A stretch of DNA of 64,000 nucleotides. Origin: Sumerlaeia bacterium. GTDB taxonomy: Bacteria; Sumerlaeota; Sumerlaeia; MVZB01. The position numbers were made by a program, and so were the translations under genes. This document shows, in pieces, positions 9,747 to 21,216 of this stretch. The stretch lies in assembly GCA_041687335.1 (NCBI GenBank), contig JAWLCE010000006.1, positions 6,620-70,619 of the forward strand, written 5' to 3'. The notes under the pieces were generated by a model. The model did not search any database, was not told the DNA's origin, and saw only the letters and a program-made list of their open reading frames with translations. The stretch's first letter is position 1. Every line of letters begins with the position of its first letter.

Positions 9747-10565
9747 TTACTCCAAGGTATTGGAAATTTCAGGGACGTGCTCCAGCTCGGGGAGGCATGC
9801 GTCGTATTCGCAATCTGGCAGAAACAGGCAGGGATCGAGCCGGCCCGGGTCGCAGGTCAGGATGTGGGCCCAATCGGGCTCGGCGGGCGGCCGGCGGCCG
9901 GCGAGGGCGGGACCATGGCTGAGTGCGCGCACGCTCGGGGCGGCGTTGAAGAAGCAGACGCCCTTGTAGGTCAGCCGGTGCAGCGTGGCGGGGCCGTGGG
10001 CATCCAGCGCCTGCCAGTGGCGCGTCGTGCCGTAACCCTTGTTGGAGTCGAGGCCATAGAGCGGGTATTCGACCGCCAGAGCGCGCATGATGCGGTCGCG
10101 CGCGACCTTGGCCAGCACCGAGGCCGCGGCGATCGCCAGGCTGCGCGCGTCGCCATCGACCAGCGGCTCGACATGGCAGGGGGCGGGCGCCAGCTTGAGG
10201 TAGTCGGTCAGCAGCAGCTCGGGAACCAACCGCAGCCGGCCGAGCGCGCGGCGGGCGGCCAGCAGCGTGGCCTCAAGGATATTGATGCGATCGATCTCCG
10301 CGGCCGAGGCCCAGCCCAGGCTCCAATCGGCGGCGGCGGCCAGGATCCGCGGCACCAGCGTCTCGCGCGCCTCGGCGGTCAGCAGCTTGGAGTCATCCAC
10401 CCCGGCCAGGCGCGCGCCGGGGGCGAGCAGGACGCAGCCGGCCACCACCGGTCCCGCCAGCGCGCCGCGGCCGGCCTCGTCGACGCCGCCCAGCAGGCGC
10501 ACGCCGCACTGGCGACGCCAGCGGGCATCGAAGCGGGCAAGGGGATTGGCGCCACCTGAAATCAT
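9747..10565 (-). CDS. rnhB: Ribonuclease HII
   Basis: GVDEAGRGALAGPVVA, DDSKLLT, IAAASVLAKVARD, NKGYGT motifs. Confidence 0.93.
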   Translation of the reverse strand: MISGGANPLARFDARWRRQCGVRLLGGVDEAGRGALAGPVVAGCVLLAPGARLAGVDDSKLLTAEARETLVPRILAAAADWSLGWASAAEIDRINILEATLLAARRALGRLRLVPELLLTDYLKLAPAPCHVEPLVDGDARSLAIAAASVLAKVARDRIMRALAVEYPLYGLDSNKGYGTTRHWQALDAHGPATLHRLTYKGVCFFNAAPSVRALSHGPALAGRRPPAEPDWAHILTCDPGRLDPCLFLPDCEYDACLPELEHVPEISNTLE

Positions 10566-11454
10566 ATGGGTGCTTCATCGTCATCGAGCAACGGCTCGGG
10601 GATGGACTGCGGAAAAGGTTCCTCCTCGCCCTCGATCAGGCGGCGCAGGCGGTCGATTTCGAGGTCGCGGCGGGTGAGTTCCTCGCGCAGCTCCTCCTGC
10701 TGGGCCTGCAACTGAGTCAGGCGGGTCAGCCAGCGGCGCTGGTTTTCCGGCGTCGCCTGGATTGGCCGCAGCAGCGCCGGGACCGTCTCGACCAGGTAAA
10801 GGGCGTAATCCTCGCCAATGACGGCCTCAAGGAACAGGCGCGGGTTGTCGGCCGCGAGCCCCTTCAGCCCCTCCAGCCAGCGCCCGATCCGCTCACGCTC
10901 GGCCGGCGGGGCACGCCGCTGCGCCCGACGCAGCGCGGGCTCCAGCCCTTCCTGCCAGCGGTGGCTCGAGGAAAGCAAGAGGCGCAGCAGGCGGGCCACG
11001 TGGTCGTTGTGCTCGCGTTCCTGACCCACCAGCTCGTGCAACTGGGCCAGCAGCATGTCGATCTCGTGGCGCGAGCGCATCGCCTGCAGGTCGATCACCC
11101 CGGGCTGCCAGGAGCGCCGCGTCTCGTCCAGGTTCGCCATCAGCCGCTCGCGCAGCTCATGGAGCTGTCGAAAGCGGGCCGTGGCCTGCAAGAGGCGCTC
11201 ATCGAGCTGACGCCACAGGGTGAGCGAGTGGGGCAACGACAGCGTGCCCAGCACCTCCCCGGACGCCGGCGGCAGCGGGGTGGCGGGTCGGCGCGGGGTG
11301 GCGGGGATCGGGGTGAGGTCGGTCCCCGGCGGGCCGAGCCGGGCGGGCGGATAGCTCCAGCCGGGCGCATCGGCTTCGGCGGCCGCCGCCGTCGCTCCCG
11401 CCGGTGCCAGCAGCAGCAGGGCCAAGCTCAGTCGGCAGGCGTGCCACTGGGTGT

Positions 11455-11458
<4 letters not shown>
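10562..11458 (-). CDS. Secreted helical/coiled-coil hypothetical protein
   Basis: Signal-peptide-like N-terminus (LALLLLAPAGATAAAA); 4-bp overlaps with both neighbours. Confidence 0.7.
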
Positions 11459-12848
<1,390 letters not shown>

Positions 12849-12852
<4 letters not shown>

Positions 12853-14387
12853 CGGTGGGGGGTCGCTCCCTGCGAGTGATGGTCGGCGCGCGCGGCGGGG
12901 TCGGCATCGGGCAGCCGCCGCAGCCGCAGTCGCAGCGTCGTGCCGCGGCCCCGGCCGGTGCTTTCCAAGTCCAGCGTGCCGCCGGCGGCGTCGGCGATGC
13001 GCCGGCTGATGGCCAGCCCCAGCCCCGCGCCCTGCGGCCGGGTGGTGAAAAAGGGCTCGAACAGGCGCCGGGCATGCTGAGGCTCGATGCCGGCGCCCTG
13101 GTCGTGCACGCGCAGCTCGATGCGGCGGCTGTCGGCCTCGATCCGCAACGTGACGCTCCCGTCGAGCGGCGAAGCTTGGATGGCGTTGAGCAGCAGGTTC
13201 ATCAGCACCTGGCGCAGGCGGCCCGGCTCGATTTGCGCCTGCCAGCGATCGGGATCTTCAAACTCGCGCGCCGGCACCTCCAGGCCCAGCGTGACGCGCT
13301 GTTTTTCTGCCGCCGGCCGCAGCATCGTCAGCACGGCGTGGCAGACCTCGAGCAGCAGGGCCGCTGCCGGCGCGCCATCGGCGGGCGCGCCGCCACGCGA
13401 GAATTCGAGGAACTGGCCGACCAGGTCGTCCATGCGCTCGACTTCCTCGACGATGTCGCGGCAGGCCTCGCGGGCCTCGGCGCCGCTGCCGTCCCGTTCC
13501 AGGGTGTGTTCCAAGTCCTCGGTGAAGGCCCGCATGATCCCCAGCGGGTTGCGCAATTCATGGGCGAATCCGGCCGCCAGTGAGCCCAACCCCGCCAGAC
13601 GTTCGGCCTCGGCGGCCTGGCGCTCGATCAGGCGCTGGCGCTGGAGCAGGCGGAAGATCAGCGCGCCGATCAGGCCGATCAGCAGCATCAGGATCATGCC
13701 GGCGTTGGTCAGCGCCAAGGTCAACTGGTCGAGCTGGGCCAGGTAGCTCCGCCCCGCCACCAGGCAGACCATCGCCCGCACCGGTCGCTCGGGAGCCAGC
13801 ACCCCCGCATCGCCGGCCGGCAGTGGCGGGACGGCACGCGCGGCGCCGGTCACCGGGATGTAATAGCGCTTGATCGGCATTTCGGGGGTGGAGTAGGCCG
13901 GCGAGGCACGCGGGATGCCGAAGAGCGCCTGCTCGATCTCGGCCATGTCGATATCCCAATAATAGTAGCGCTCGAGCAGCCCCTGCGGGTTGGCGGTGTC
14001 GTAAAGCACCCGGCCCGAGCGGCTGATGACGATGATCCGATCAAGGCGCGCCTGCGAGGCCAGCCGATCGAGCGGTTCGGTCAGGTAGCGGTCCAAGCCG
14101 AGGGCATAAAGTTCGGCGTCGGGGGTCGGCAGGCGGATGCCGGTGCCCGCCAGCGCCGCCACGATCGAATCCTGCTCGAGCTGGACCATGGCGCGTGCCG
14201 GCCGCAGCAGCGTCTCCTGCGCCACCCGCGCCAGGTCGCCCAGGTGCTGGGTCAGCTCCTCCTCGCGCGAAATGCGCGAGAGCTCGACGGCATACCAGCC
14301 GCCGGTCAACTGCAACAGCAGGATGATGGCCAGCAGCAGTCCGGCCCAAAGCCCCGTCGAATTGAAGATGCGGCGCAAGCGCTCCAT
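12849..14387 (-). CDS. Sensor histidine kinase
   Basis: Two TM segments, H-box FAHELRNPL, N-box NLLLNAIQA, DQGAGI, FEPFFTT, GAGLGL; start placed at ATG 14387 after GGAG. Confidence 0.93.
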
Positions 14388-14561
14388 GCCCCCACTCCGG
14401 ACGTCAGTGTACACCCGCTGCACGATATCGTGCCATTGCAAAGCAGGGGGGCCGGGCAGGGATTGACTCGCACGTTTTTGACGCTTAAACGGAAAGGGCG
14501 GATGATGCCTTGGACGCCGCCCGCCGCATCATCCGCCCCTGATTATTGGTTAAAGGTCAGC

Positions 14562-16814
14562 TCAGCGCAGGGCGCCCAGGCGCTCGCGGATGTCGTCGAT
14601 GACCCGCTGGCCGCGCGCCTTCAGCTCGCCCTTGCGCGCCACCAGCTCGGCCTCGGGCACCACGCCGCCGAACATCTGGACGTGGAAGCGCAGCGAGTTG
14701 CCGGTCCCCGAGGGGCGCACGGTCAGGTGGCTGAGCTTCTCCTCGTCGAAGTAGAAGCGGATGCCCTCGTCGGCGAAGACGAAGCCGTCGCCGGGGGGGT
14801 AGATGCGGTCATACTTGCCGGTGCGATACATGACCACCTGCCGGACCGCCTCTCCACCGATCTCGACGCGCTGGCCGGCCTCGACCTGGCGCATCAGGTC
14901 CAGCGCCTTCTGCAGGATGCCCATCTTCTTGCGGTCGCCCTCGATGCCGGGGTATTCACCATCGAGCGGGTCGGGCTCATAGAGGTTGGCAAACAAGCCG
15001 ACCTCAGGGTCCAGGTAGACGTGGCGGTCGATCAACTCCTGCAGGGTGTGGCCTTGCTGCTTGGCCCAGGCCGCGACCTCGGCGCACAGCAGCGCGGCGA
15101 AGGTGCCGTCCTTGTCGCGCACATGGCCGCCCTCGCCCATGCTGAAGGCGTCGAGCGGGCGGCCGCCCAGCATCGAGAAGCCGTTGGACTGCTCCATCGC
15201 CGCCTCGTTGAAGCTGCGCTCGTCGGTCATGTCCTGGTATTCAAGGATGAAGGGGTGGCTCAGCTCGGCGCCGGGCTCGCGGCCCTCGACCAGGTTGGCG
15301 CGCGGGACGTTATCCCAGGCGTCACGCACGGCCGCGGAGAGCGCCGCGAAGCCGACCCAGGTCTTGACGACGCCCAGCCCGAACTTGCGCGCCACGCGGG
15401 CGCTCGAGTCCGAGGTCGTGTGGCTGAGGACGATGAAGCGCTTGTGGGCGTCGGGCAGGCGCCCGCCGTTGGCCGCCGCCTCCTGGCTGAGCCGGTACCA
15501 GAGCAGCACGGCCCACATCTCGTCGGCCGGCAGCAGCGTCCAGTCCTCGCCGCCATGGATGGCGCGCTGCTCCTCGGGCACGCGCACGACGATGCCGAGG
15601 CGATCGGCGTCGGGGTCGGTGCCGATCAGCATGTCGGTCTTCTCGAACTGGCCGGGGTATTCTGCCTTGAAGGCTTCCACGGCGATGCGGGCGGCACGCG
15701 GGTCGCCCGGGTCGGGCTGCTGCTCGCGCCCCGGCTCGCTGTTGAAGCTCGGGAAGAGCCCGTCCAGCTCGCTCAGGCTGTTGCGGTTGGTGATGCGGAT
15801 GTCGGTCAGGCCGACCTCGCCGAGCAGCCGCGGCACCGCCTTGCGCCCGGCGCCGTGGTAGGGGCAGAAGCCCATCCGCAGCGGGTCCTTCATCCCCGAG
15901 AAGTCCTTGCGGATCAGGAAGCTCTTGCAGTGCTCGACATGGGCGCCGTGGATGTTGATCAGGTTGCCCTCGCGGCCGTGGTAGTTGACGCCGGGGACCG
16001 GCTCGGAGCCGCCCAGCCACCACAGCTTGCCCTCGGGCGCCTGGTCCAGCGGCAGCAGCTTGATGTCGTCGAAGGTCGCCTTGGTGATGTAGCTCTCATA
16101 CATCTCGTCGCGCTGGCGCGGGTCGAACTGCGAGCCGTTGCCCGAGGAGAGCTTGTAGCCGTTATAGCGATAGTCGTTATGGCTGGCCGAGATCAGCAGG
16201 CCGATCTGGGCCTTGATCTCCTTGAACGGGATGGCGAAGGTCACCTCGGGATAGGGGCAGGGCTCGTCGAACAGGTAGACCGTGTAGCCGTAGGCGAGGA
16301 ACAGCTCGGCGATCAGGCGGGCGAAGTCGCCGCCGCGCACGCGGCTGTCGTAGCCGATGACGATGCGGTCGAAGGTGCGGCCGCCGTCCTTGCCATACTG
16401 GGCGACGCCGGCGGAAACGCGCGTCACGACGATGTTGTTGAGCGTGTTGGGCCCCTTGAGGATGCGGGCATCGAGCCCCTCCTCCTTGAGGCGCACGATC
16501 GAAGCCCGGTCGAAGCCCATCATGCCGCGGATGCCGCCGGTGCCGAAGCGCATCGACTGGCGATAGGCATTGACCAGTTCCTCCCAGCGGCCGGCGGCGA
16601 CGGCGTCGGCCACGCCGAGCTTCAGGTTGGGCGAGATTTCATCGATGCGGGCGCTGCCGAGCCACTGGCGCAGGTTGGGCACGGTCTCGCGTTCAGCCAT
16701 CTCGAACTGGCCGCGGCTGATCTTGCCGCCCTCCAGCGCCGTCTTGAGGTATTGTTGAATGCCGGCCTCGGCCTGCCTGAGCACATCGTCTGCAACGAGC
16801 GTCTGCGTGTTCAT
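14562..16814 (-). CDS. Phosphoglucomutase/phosphomannomutase family phosphohexomutase
   Basis: FGTGGIRG, catalytic ISASHN, metal loop DPDADR, RDKDG, VRPSGT; start at ATG 16814 after AAGGGAAG. Confidence 0.9.
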   Translation of the reverse strand: MNTQTLVADDVLRQAEAGIQQYLKTALEGGKISRGQFEMAERETVPNLRQWLGSARIDEISPNLKLGVADAVAAGRWEELVNAYRQSMRFGTGGIRGMMGFDRASIVRLKEEGLDARILKGPNTLNNIVVTRVSAGVAQYGKDGGRTFDRIVIGYDSRVRGGDFARLIAELFLAYGYTVYLFDEPCPYPEVTFAIPFKEIKAQIGLLISASHNDYRYNGYKLSSGNGSQFDPRQRDEMYESYITKATFDDIKLLPLDQAPEGKLWWLGGSEPVPGVNYHGREGNLINIHGAHVEHCKSFLIRKDFSGMKDPLRMGFCPYHGAGRKAVPRLLGEVGLTDIRITNRNSLSELDGLFPSFNSEPGREQQPDPGDPRAARIAVEAFKAEYPGQFEKTDMLIGTDPDADRLGIVVRVPEEQRAIHGGEDWTLLPADEMWAVLLWYRLSQEAAANGGRLPDAHKRFIVLSHTTSDSSARVARKFGLGVVKTWVGFAALSAAVRDAWDNVPRANLVEGREPGAELSHPFILEYQDMTDERSFNEAAMEQSNGFSMLGGRPLDAFSMGEGGHVRDKDGTFAALLCAEVAAWAKQQGHTLQELIDRHVYLDPEVGLFANLYEPDPLDGEYPGIEGDRKKMGILQKALDLMRQVEAGQRVEIGGEAVRQVVMYRTGKYDRIYPPGDGFVFADEGIRFYFDEEKLSHLTVRPSGTGNSLRFHVQMFGGVVPEAELVARKGELKARGQRVIDDIRERLGALR

Positions 16815-17085
16815 GTTTCTTCCCTTTTGTAGGTGTCGGTATAGGTTCAGTGAGCGGAAAAACTTTATCATGCCGCCGTGATAGCCGCACGCACAAGCTA
16901 CCAATCTTTGCCACATGGGCCTGAAAGTCAAGAATTGGCGGCGGGGCGAGCCCTGCCGGCGGCGCGGCAAGTCATAAACCCATGGCATTTATCGGCTGAA
17001 TCACTTTGAATCAATAGAATCATTTCGGGCCACCGCTTTACGCTTCTTCGGCAGTGTCCACCATTCCAATCGAGGTCAACATAAG

Positions 17086-18588
17086 ATGCAATCCACGACG
17101 TCCATCTGGAAGCTTCTGCTTTCGGGACTCCTGCTGGTTTCGTCGGCGGCTCAGGCGGCCGAGGGACCCTTCCTCGCCAATGGACTGCGCAATGGCTGGG
17201 CCGACCAGGACAGCATCGTCATTTGGACGCGGCTGACCCGTGAGCCCGAGCTCAAGCTCAATGGAGTACGCTTTCTGGAGCTCGACCGTCCGCTCATGCG
17301 CGAGCTGAGCGCGGTGGCCGACCCTGAGCGCCATCTCGCCGTGCAGTTGCCCGCCGGCGCCACGCTGGATGAGATGGAGGGGGCGGTTCCCGGCATGGCC
17401 GGCGAGGCGCGCCTGAGCTGGCACCCGGCCGACCAGCCTGCCGAACCGATGAAAACCGACTGGACCGCGGTCGACCCCGACAAGGATTTCACGGTCCAGT
17501 GGAAGCTGACCGGGCTGGCGCCCGGCATGGACTACCGGGTCCTCGTCGAGGCCCGGCCGGGCAGCCAATCGCCGGTCTCGGCGCGCGTCGAGGGGGCGTT
17601 CCGCACGGCGCCGGCCGCCACCGAACCGGCGGCAGTGACCTTCGTCGCCGTCACCTGCCAGGAATACCACCGCCGCGACGACCCCGCCAATGGCCACATG
17701 ATCTATGACGCGATGCTCAAGCTGGCGCCCGATTTCTTCATTCACACCGGCGACATCGAGTATTACGACCGCCCGGCCCCCTACGCTTGGACCGTGCCGC
17801 TGATGCGCTTCAAGATGAACCGCATCTTCGCCCTGCCCTTCCAGCGCGCCTTCTTCAACCAGGTGACCTTCTACTTCATCAAGGACGACCATGACGCGTT
17901 GACCAATGACGCCTCGCCGGGCATGAGTTTTGGTTCGGTCAGCTTTGAGCGGGCCGTCGAGCTGTTCGATCACGAGCAGTTTCCCTCCGCCGAGCGGCCT
18001 TACGGGACGGTGCGCTGGGGACGCGACCTGCAAATCTGGCTGGTCGAGGGCCGCAACTACCGCACCCCCAATTCCGCTCCCGACGGACCCGGCAAGACGA
18101 TCTGGGGCCCCGAGCAGATGGATTGGCTCAAACGCAGCGTCGCCGAGTCCGACGCCCCCTTCAAGCTGCTGATCAGCTCGACGCCGATCGTGGGGTCGGG
18201 GACCGGCAGCGGGACCGATAATTACTCCGGCAACGCATTTGCCCACGAGGGCGAACAGGTCCGCGATTGGATCGAGCGTGAGGGGCTCTTCATCATCAAT
18301 GGTGATCGTCACCTGCAATATGTTTCGCATGTCGAGGGCACTGGGCTCTGGGAGTTCGGCACCGGCGCCAGCTCGGATGCCCATTCCAGCTCTATGCCCG
18401 CCGCCCGACCGATCTACCGTTTCCTGCGCGACAAGGGGGGCTTCCTGAGCGTCAGCGTCGCGCGGCCCCGCCCGGATGCCGAACCGGTCATTCGCTTCCG
18501 CCACCACGGCGCGACCGGCGAGGTCTTTCATGAAGAAATCTTGACCGCCCCAACCCCCGCAGCCCTGTCCCCCCATTCGATTCACTGA
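17086..18588 (+). CDS. Alkaline phosphatase D (PhoD) family protein
   Basis: Signal peptide, SIVIWTR, HTGDIEYYD, KDDHD, GPEQMDWLK, NGDRH. Confidence 0.88.
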   Translation: MQSTTSIWKLLLSGLLLVSSAAQAAEGPFLANGLRNGWADQDSIVIWTRLTREPELKLNGVRFLELDRPLMRELSAVADPERHLAVQLPAGATLDEMEGAVPGMAGEARLSWHPADQPAEPMKTDWTAVDPDKDFTVQWKLTGLAPGMDYRVLVEARPGSQSPVSARVEGAFRTAPAATEPAAVTFVAVTCQEYHRRDDPANGHMIYDAMLKLAPDFFIHTGDIEYYDRPAPYAWTVPLMRFKMNRIFALPFQRAFFNQVTFYFIKDDHDALTNDASPGMSFGSVSFERAVELFDHEQFPSAERPYGTVRWGRDLQIWLVEGRNYRTPNSAPDGPGKTIWGPEQMDWLKRSVAESDAPFKLLISSTPIVGSGTGSGTDNYSGNAFAHEGEQVRDWIEREGLFIINGDRHLQYVSHVEGTGLWEFGTGASSDAHSSSMPAARPIYRFLRDKGGFLSVSVARPRPDAEPVIRFRHHGATGEVFHEEILTAPTPAALSPHSIH

Positions 18589-18589
18589 A

Positions 18590-19140
18590 GCTTGTGGATG
18601 TTTTGTCTGGCACGGATATAGCTGAGGATCGGCAAAATTAAGTTATTGTAAGCATCCAGGGCTGAAAAAAGTTATCCACAGCCCCCGTTTAGACTGTGGA
18701 TAACTTCCCATCTCTCGAAGTCTTGGTTTTATTTTAAGGCCCTTTTTTTAAGGATAAACCCATTAAAAATAACAGTATACAAGATTTCAGCGTGTGGCCT
18801 GCCCCCGGCCGTCATATCTTGGCACTCCTGTGGATAACTTTAGTGAAGGCATCAAAGGGTTTTTCCAGTTGTTTGCCGAAGATTAATGGAATTTTGCCGC
18901 CCTTCATCAGGAACTTTTATCCACAATCTGGGGACATTCCCCAGGGGCAGCATCAGGGTTTTTCTGTTTTTGCCGCCCCTGGTCGGCAAGCTGTGGATGA
19001 AGCATGAACTTGTGCCTGTTTTACCCACACCCCTGGACCGTTGAATGGTTTGGACTTGCCCTGCTTATCCCCACCTTTCACAGCCCCTATGACGATGATG
19101 AATCCATATCTATATATATCTGGATCTTCATCGTAGATAT
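18590..19140. promoter_or_regulatory. oriC: Probable chromosomal replication origin (oriC)
   Basis: Perfect DnaA boxes TTATCCACA at 18672 and 18917 and TGTGGATAA at 18695 and 18829; one-mismatch boxes at 18992, 19021 and 19065; AT-rich in a GC-rich genome. Box pair plus GCCCC plus a 3-nt periodic tract plus TATCTATATATATC at 19065-19120. Confidence 0.8.
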
Positions 19141-19452
19141 GCGGACCCCCAGAAGGGGTGACTAATCACCCCTCGGGAGAGGCTCCCGGTTGTTCCCCAT
19201 CAGCGGAAGATGCCTTTTGGCATAGCGCCTTAAGAAGCCCCCTGATGGCTAAGGGTGCGGCGGGGGGGATAAAGTGTAACCTAATCGGCGGCGGGCAAAG
19301 TTATCCGGCCGTCACAGAGGGAAAGGCCGTCGGCGAACGGAATTGCGGGTGCGTCGCCGGCGGCCACTCCCTTGAAGATTCCTTCTCCATTCCAGTGCAA
19401 GTCGCCATGAGCGGCTTCATAGCAATTTGAACCCCATAGGAGCGGTCATAAA

Positions 19453-20820
19453 ATGAGAACATCGATCACCGCATTTGCGCTGGCCATCATGCTCGCGGCC
19501 CCGGCCCCGTTGATGGCCCAGCAGACCCAGCAGCAACCCGGTCAGCGTCAACCGGGTGCCAGCCCCAGCCAGCAACAACAGCAGCAGACCATGCCCGGGC
19601 GGGCCGAAACCCCGGTCGTGGGTGTCGTTACCGCCACTGTGATTGAGTCGCAAGCGGTGCCCGGCCAGCAGGTCAGGCAGCACATCTACATGGCTGAGTC
19701 GGCATTCGAGCAGGGCAATCACCAGCAGTCGGCCAACCACCTGCGGCAGGCAGCCCAGCAGCTGAGGACCCAGGTTGATCAGGCGCATCATCAGGGAGTG
19801 CCCGGGACGCAGCCCGGCATGACCCCCGGCCAGAGCGGGGCCACTCCTGGCCAGTCGGCCACGACCCCCGGCCAGTCGCGGACCACTCCTGGTCAGTCGG
19901 CCACGACCCCCGGCCAGTCACGGACCACTCCGGGCCAGTCAGCCACAACCCCCGGCCAGTCACGGACCACTCCTGGCCAGTCGGCCACGACCCCCGGCCA
20001 GTCGCGTGAACTCGATCAGCGCAATGGCGCCTCGACGACCCAGCGCGACAGCAGCCTGCAGCAGCGTAGCAGCGAGCAGTATCAGATCGAGCAGCGCAAC
20101 GGTTCGGCGACCCAGCGTGACAGCAGCCTGCAGCAGCGCAGCAGCGAGCAGTATCAGATCGAGCAGCGTAACGGCTCGATGGACCAGCGTGGCAGCACCC
20201 ATCAGCAGCACAGCAGCCAGCAGTATCAGAGCCAGCAGCGCAATGGCCTGAGCCAGCAGCAGGGGATGAGGAACGGGGCGGATCGCGAAAGCGTCCAGCA
20301 CATCCAGACTGCGATCCAGGACCTCAACCAGTTGGCCCAGCAGGTCCAGAGCCAGCAGATCGAGCGCGAGCAGTTCCGCGAGCGCCTGACCTCGGTGGTG
20401 GAGTCGATCTCGCAGTATCACCTGCGCCAGGCCAAGCAACTGAGCGAGCAGGCCCAGCAGATGCACCAGCAGCGGCCGAGCGCGACTGCCGGCACGATGG
20501 ACCCCCAGGTCCAGATGATTGGGCGCGACCTGCAGCAGAATGTTCGTGAGCTGGCTGAGTACTTCAGCCTGCTGACCAGCATCAGCGGCCAGGTCGGCCA
20601 GGAAGGCCTCAGCGATGCGCTGGTGGCCCTCAATACGATCAACGTGCACAGCAACGAGCTGAGCTTCGGCCGCCTCGAGCAGCCCCAGCAGCTCACTCAG
20701 GCGATCGACCGTTTCGAGCAGCAGATGGGCTCGGCGGCCCAGCTCAACGGGAACAATGGAGACAACCATAAGAATGGTTACAATGGCGACAAGGACTCCG
20801 AAAAGAAGAAGAACCGGTAA
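19453..20820 (+). CDS. Secreted Gln-rich repeat protein
   Basis: Signal peptide MRTSITAFALAIMLAAPAPLMA; ~9x 7-aa TPGQS(A/R)T repeats; ~3x 24-aa QRDSSLQQRSSEQYQIEQRNGS repeats; RBS AGGAG; followed by a terminator. Confidence 0.85.
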   Translation: MRTSITAFALAIMLAAPAPLMAQQTQQQPGQRQPGASPSQQQQQQTMPGRAETPVVGVVTATVIESQAVPGQQVRQHIYMAESAFEQGNHQQSANHLRQAAQQLRTQVDQAHHQGVPGTQPGMTPGQSGATPGQSATTPGQSRTTPGQSATTPGQSRTTPGQSATTPGQSRTTPGQSATTPGQSRELDQRNGASTTQRDSSLQQRSSEQYQIEQRNGSATQRDSSLQQRSSEQYQIEQRNGSMDQRGSTHQQHSSQQYQSQQRNGLSQQQGMRNGADRESVQHIQTAIQDLNQLAQQVQSQQIEREQFRERLTSVVESISQYHLRQAKQLSEQAQQMHQQRPSATAGTMDPQVQMIGRDLQQNVRELAEYFSLLTSISGQVGQEGLSDALVALNTINVHSNELSFGRLEQPQQLTQAIDRFEQQMGSAAQLNGNNGDNHKNGYNGDKDSEKKKNR

Positions 20821-20855
20821 CTCCCGGTCGCCAGAGTTTCCCAGTCAGAACGTCC

Positions 20856-20890
20856 AAAGCCGGCGGTCCCGCACCGCCGGCTTTCCTTTT
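20856..20890 (+). terminator. Rho-independent terminator
   Basis: aaagccggcggt-cccgc-accgccggcttt followed by cctttt. Confidence 0.8.
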
Positions 20891-20944
20891 GATCCGCCAT
20901 AAATTCCATTCATATATTGGGGTTTTTTTTAATATTATTTCGGT

Positions 20945-21087
20945 GTTTCCCCGATGGACCTGGCGCGGAGGCATGAGTGATCATCAATCATGGTTGAACC
21001 GGTGCTGAATCATTTCCGGTTCTCTATTGATGAAGCAACCCACCTCCAGGCTGCCGGCGATATCCCCCCGCCGGCAGCTTCCTTTTT
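20945..21087 (+). ncRNA. Candidate rod-shaped sRNA or attenuator leader ending in an intrinsic terminator
   Basis: Nested complementarity ggagg/cctcc, catcaat/attgatg, aaccgg/ccggtt; terminator gctgccggcg...cgccggcagc plus T-run; AT-rich promoter-like stretch at 20900-20940. Confidence 0.4.
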
Positions 21088-21216
21088 AGTGAAAAGAAAA
21101 AAGATTCGATCTGAACCGATGCAAGCCGATATGCTAGTGTAGGTTGGTTGCAGCGAAAGTTCCGTGCGGGTTCCGCCAATACGGGGCTCGTGAGTCCGAC
21201 AAGGAGCGACAGTCCG

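Noticed and set aside
14244-16832. 862-aa + strand ORF, and similar long ORFs at 6024-8411, 25750-27621, 42844-44664 and 49029-50600
   Set aside because: These are antisense shadows of well-supported genes, expected in high-GC DNA, with no recognisable motifs.
20945-21087. 6S RNA, SRP RNA or SAM-I riboswitch
   Set aside because: The rod is too short for 6S, lacks the SRP GGAA/AGCAG loop motif and lacks the SAM-I core; kept only as an unassigned candidate.
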